Positions 60,759 through 64,000 of a DNA stretch of 64,000 bases are shown here, one piece after another. The notes below the pieces were generated by a model, which was given only the letters and a program-made list of their open reading frames with translations, made no database searches and was not told the DNA's origin. The translations under genes and the position numbers were made by a program. Position 1 is the first letter of the stretch, and each line of letters begins with the position of its first letter. The stretch is from Candidatus Multivoradales bacterium (lineage in GTDB: Bacteria; Acidobacteriota; Thermoanaerobaculia; Multivoradales; JAHEKO01), in assembly GCA_965223855.1 (NCBI GenBank), contig CBDCXM010000009.1, positions 2,848,001-2,912,000 on the forward strand, given 5' to 3'.

Positions 60759-61655
60759 ATGCCCGGCGAAGCACCGACAATGATCATCCCGCAGGGGGCC
60801 GACATCCAGGTGGATGTCCACGGCCAGTTGTCGATCTCGACGCCCGGCAACCTGGTGATCCAGAACTCCGGCAACTACCGCAAGCTCGAGTCGCTCAACG
60901 GCTCGATCCGCATCGAGCCGATGGCCGAGGTCGAGGCGGTCGACGTGCTGTGCGCCAGCACCTGCTATGTCGAGGGCACCCTCACCGCCTGGAGGGTCGA
61001 GGCGGAGGCGATCCACCTCGAGGACTCGGCGCAGGCGAACATCGTGCTGCAGGAGACCCGCCGGCTCGACATCGGCAAGGACGCCCGACTGGTCGGCAAC
61101 TTCGCCAACGAGAAGGAGCTCTTCCTGCTGCTGTCGCGCTTCGCCCGCCAGCTGCGCTCGCTACCGCTCTTCGGTGAGCTCGCCAGCGCGGAATCCCCCA
61201 AGGAGCTGCCCCCGGACGCCTCGCCGGCCGCACTCGCCGCGACCCTCGAAGAGCTCGACGACCTCGAGCCGGGGCAGTTCGTCGGCACCCGCACCGAGCC
61301 GGCCGAAACCGCCGCCGAGGTCACGGAAGCCCCGGGTGAGGCCGCCGACAAGGCCGACGACGGTGGAGCGGCTGCCGAAGCGACGCCAGAGGCGCCCGAG
61401 GGGAACGGGGAGGACGACGCCTCCTCTGACCCGCTCTTCTTCGCCCTCGTGCTGCTCGAGCGCGAGTTCGCCCGCGCCACCTACGGCCCGACCTCACAGC
61501 GCGCGATCGAGCAGGTGGTCAAGCTCCTCCAGGAGGGCGACCACGACACCCTGCGCTCGACCTACCGGAGCCTCTTCAACCGCATCGTCGAGCCGGGTCA
61601 GGACGTTCGCCGAGCCTACGAGCTGATCGACCAGAACTTTCAGTCGGCAGGGTAG
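60759..61655 (+). CDS. Hypothetical protein with bactofilin-like beta-helix N-terminus
   Basis: Short V/I/G-rich beta repeats (CYVEGTLTAWRVEAEAIHL...LDIGKDARLVGN), acidic linker, helical C-terminus. GGAGGGAG RBS. Confidence 0.6.
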   Translation: MPGEAPTMIIPQGADIQVDVHGQLSISTPGNLVIQNSGNYRKLESLNGSIRIEPMAEVEAVDVLCASTCYVEGTLTAWRVEAEAIHLEDSAQANIVLQETRRLDIGKDARLVGNFANEKELFLLLSRFARQLRSLPLFGELASAESPKELPPDASPAALAATLEELDDLEPGQFVGTRTEPAETAAEVTEAPGEAADKADDGGAAAEATPEAPEGNGEDDASSDPLFFALVLLEREFARATYGPTSQRAIEQVVKLLQEGDHDTLRSTYRSLFNRIVEPGQDVRRAYELIDQNFQSAG

Positions 61656-61930
61656 GCACTCCGCAGGGTAGGCAGCCTCCGCGGTCGTCGGTCAGGAGGC
61701 CGTCAGGACGGGATCCGTCCGGCGGGTAGAGAGTCTTCGATAGCCGTGCTGCCTACCTGGCAGCCGGCTCGTCGCAAAGGACTCCAGGTACGGTCCCTTC
61801 CAACTTTCGGCAGCTTCCTGGTCGTACCTGGAGTCGTTCGCCGCGAGGATGCGACGCCGGCACCGTTGTTCCCAGTGGCGAAGCGGGTCGGACGCCAGGG
61901 AAGACCGTGGTCTCGCCCGCTCTGTCGCCG
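61647..61930. repeat. Nested inverted-repeat (structured) intergenic element
   Basis: GGTAGGCAGC/GCTGCCTACC, a perfect 13-bp GACTCCAGGTACG/CGTACCTGGAGTC, and further stems. Confidence 0.65.
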
Positions 61931-61956
61931 ACCTTCGAGTCCTCAGTGGGTCCGGA

Positions 61957-63721
61957 CTAGACCGTCGTCACCCTGACGATCTCTTCGAAGCTCGTGATCC
62001 CTTCGGCGAGCTTGCGTAGCGCGCTCTGACGCAGGGTCCGCATGCCGGCGTTGATGGCGTCGCGCTTGATGCGCGCCGAGTCGGCGCCGGCGAGGATGAG
62101 CGGCTTGATGGTGTCGTCGACCGGCAGCACCTCGAAGACGGCGGTGCGGCCGAGGAAGCCGGTGCCGCGGCATTCGAAGCATCCCTTCGCCGACCTTGAC
62201 GCGCACCCGTTTGCCGGGCGGCACGGAGAGCCGCAGGATCTCCACTTCGCGCTGCGAGAGGTGCGAGTCCTGGGTGCAGTGGGGGCAGACCTTCCTCACC
62301 AGTCGCTGGGCGACGGCGCCGGCGAGGGTCGAGGTGATGAGGAACGGCTCGATGCCGAGGTCGATCAGGCGGCCGATCGCCGATGGCGCGTCGTTGGTGT
62401 GGAGGGTCGAGAAGACGAGATGCCCGGTAAGCGCCGCCTGCACGGCGTACTCGGCGGTCTCCGGGTCACGGATCTCACCGACCATGATGATGTCGGGATC
62501 CTGGCGCAGGACGTGACGCAGCGCCTTGGCGAAGGTGATCCCCGCCCGCGGGTTGACCGCCACCTGGTTGAAGTCCTCGTAGACCATCTCGATCGGATCT
62601 TCGATGGTCGTGATGTTGAGCTCGCGCCCGGCGATCGTCTTGAGCGCCGAGTAGAGGGTGGTCGTCTTACCCGAACCTGTGGGGCCGGTCAGCAGCACGA
62701 TGCCGTGCGGCCGGGTGATGAAGTCGTTGAAGAGGTCGAGCTCGTCGGGATAGAAGCCGATGTCGGGCAGGTCCTGCATCAGCACCGTCGGATCGAAGAT
62801 GCGGATCACGAGCTTCTCGCCGAAGCCGACCGGCAGGGTCGAGACACGGAGCTCGACCTCTTCGCCGGCGCGGCTCGTCTTGACCCGGCCGTCCTGCGGG
62901 CGGCGCTTCTCGGCGATGTCGAGGCGCGCCATCGTCTTGATGCGGCTCACCACCGCGCGATGGACGACCATCGGCATCGTCTGGATGTCGTGCAGCACGC
63001 CGTCGATGCGGAAGCGGATGAGGCTGAACTCGCGTTTCGGCTCGACGTGGATGTCGCTCGCCCGGGTGTCGTAGCCGTGCTGGAGCATGAACTCGACCGC
63101 ATTGACGATGTGCTGGTCGCTGGACTCGATCTCCTTGGCGTCCTTGAGCTGAACCAGCGCTTCGAGGTTGCCGAGGTCGATGCCGCCGGATAGGTCCTTC
63201 TCGGCCCGCTTGACCGAGTGGCGCAGGCCGTAGAACTCGGTGATCGCGCGCAGGATGTCGGGCTCGGAGGCGACCACCAGCTCGAGCTCGCGTTCGGCGA
63301 TGCGCCGGAACGAGTCGATCCCCTCGATGTCGTTGGGGTCGGCGCAGGCGACGCGCAGCCGTCCGTTGGACAGCGCCAGCGGGATCATCCGGTGCCGGCG
63401 AGCGAACGGCCGCGACATCTTCGATTCGATGAGATCGGCGTCGAGGTCGATCGGATCGATGCGGGTGAAATCCAGCTCCGACTCGCGGGCGATGGCACGC
63501 GCGATCTCGAACTCGCGCAGCGGTTTCTTCGGGTTCTCCCGGCTGGGGAAGTTGCAGCGCTCGATGAGCTCGTAGGCGAGCGCCCGCTGCTCGAAGGCAC
63601 GCGGGTTGCGCACGCGAGCCGGCAACTGGCGCGCCTCCTTGTTGACCTCCTCGGCCTGCTCGTCCGTCAACACCCCCTGGCGGACGAGAATCTGCGCCAC
63701 GGCTTCGGGAGTGAGACTCAT
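61957..63721 (-). CDS. GspE/PulE/PilB family secretion or pilus ATPase, +1 frameshift near 62184
   Basis: GPTGSGKT, TIEDPIE, LRQDPDIIMVGEIRD, TGHLVFSTLHTN, CPHC. Removing one base restores GCFECRGTGFLGRTAVFE...GITSFEEIVRVTTV-stop (61957). Confidence 0.9.
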
Positions 63722-63843
63722 CGCGGTTCGGCCCGTTGGAGGCGAGGGCTGGCCCGTGTGGGCGGCCCCGGCGCGGCAGAGTGTAGCGGAAGCGGGCGTT
63801 TCGAAGGTGCGACGCCGGGCGCACGGCCGTAGAATCCGGCGCG

Positions 63844-64000
63844 ATGACGATTTCGCTCTTCTCGATCACGGTGGTCGTCGCCGCCGGAGCCGCCTACGCG
63901 GTTCTGGATCTGGTGCGCAAGCGGCTGATGGGCGGGCTGACGGCGCGGGCGCTCCTGGTGTGGCTGGCCCTGCTGCCGGTGCCGATTTTCTGGGCGGTCG
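63844..64000 (+). CDS. Membrane protein, possibly EamA/DMT transporter (3' partial)
   Basis: ATG at 63844, open to the window end, hydrophobic (MTISLFSITVVVAAGAAYAVLDLVRKRL...). Confidence 0.5.
   Translation, partial: MTISLFSITVVVAAGAAYAVLDLVRKRLMGGLTARALLVWLALLPVPIFWAV

Noticed and set aside
61860-61900. Cobalamin riboswitch (GCCACTGGG on the minus strand)
   Set aside because: Other B12-element motifs are missing and the site is downstream of both flanking genes.

Overview
High-GC bacterial chromosomal window, probably Acidobacteriota (Thermoanaerobaculia-like). This is an inference from a C-terminal FADGFESGD-type secreted protein and the gene content. Housekeeping blocks lie at about 1-18.7 kb (ABC permeases, nagZ, cyclophilin, a response-regulator/LpxC fusion, 2-oxoacid dehydrogenase E1, sufT, ilvA, a GGDEF protein, ypdA, sahR-ahcY, glnS) and at 47.2-64 kb (tRNA-Thr, aminopeptidase P, 3-hydroxyproline catabolism, smc, pyrRBC, suhB, M23 peptidase plus bactofilin-like gene, GspE/PilB ATPase). 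Between them is an accessory region with secreted hydrolases, an RND pump, three toxin-antitoxin-type pairs and a defence-island-like cluster (two NucS-like nucleases, HNH, MazG-like, DUF2075 helicase-S24 fusion, truncated hsdM). The most notable observations are: (1) an HNH + MazG-like + nuclease/helicase/S24 cassette abutting a destroyed type I RM gene; (2) a secreted protein that appears to combine archaeal pseudomurein-binding repeats, a degenerate transglutaminase-like domain and a GHL10-like glycosidase; (3) a receiver-LpxC fusion; (4) a UxxC selenoprotein with a SECIS-like hairpin that the ORF track misses; (5) NrdR-box-like sites at smc; (6) a highly structured 300-bp intergenic element. 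Frameshifts in two genes suggest some assembly indel error. All family assignments are from motif recognition by eye, not database searches.
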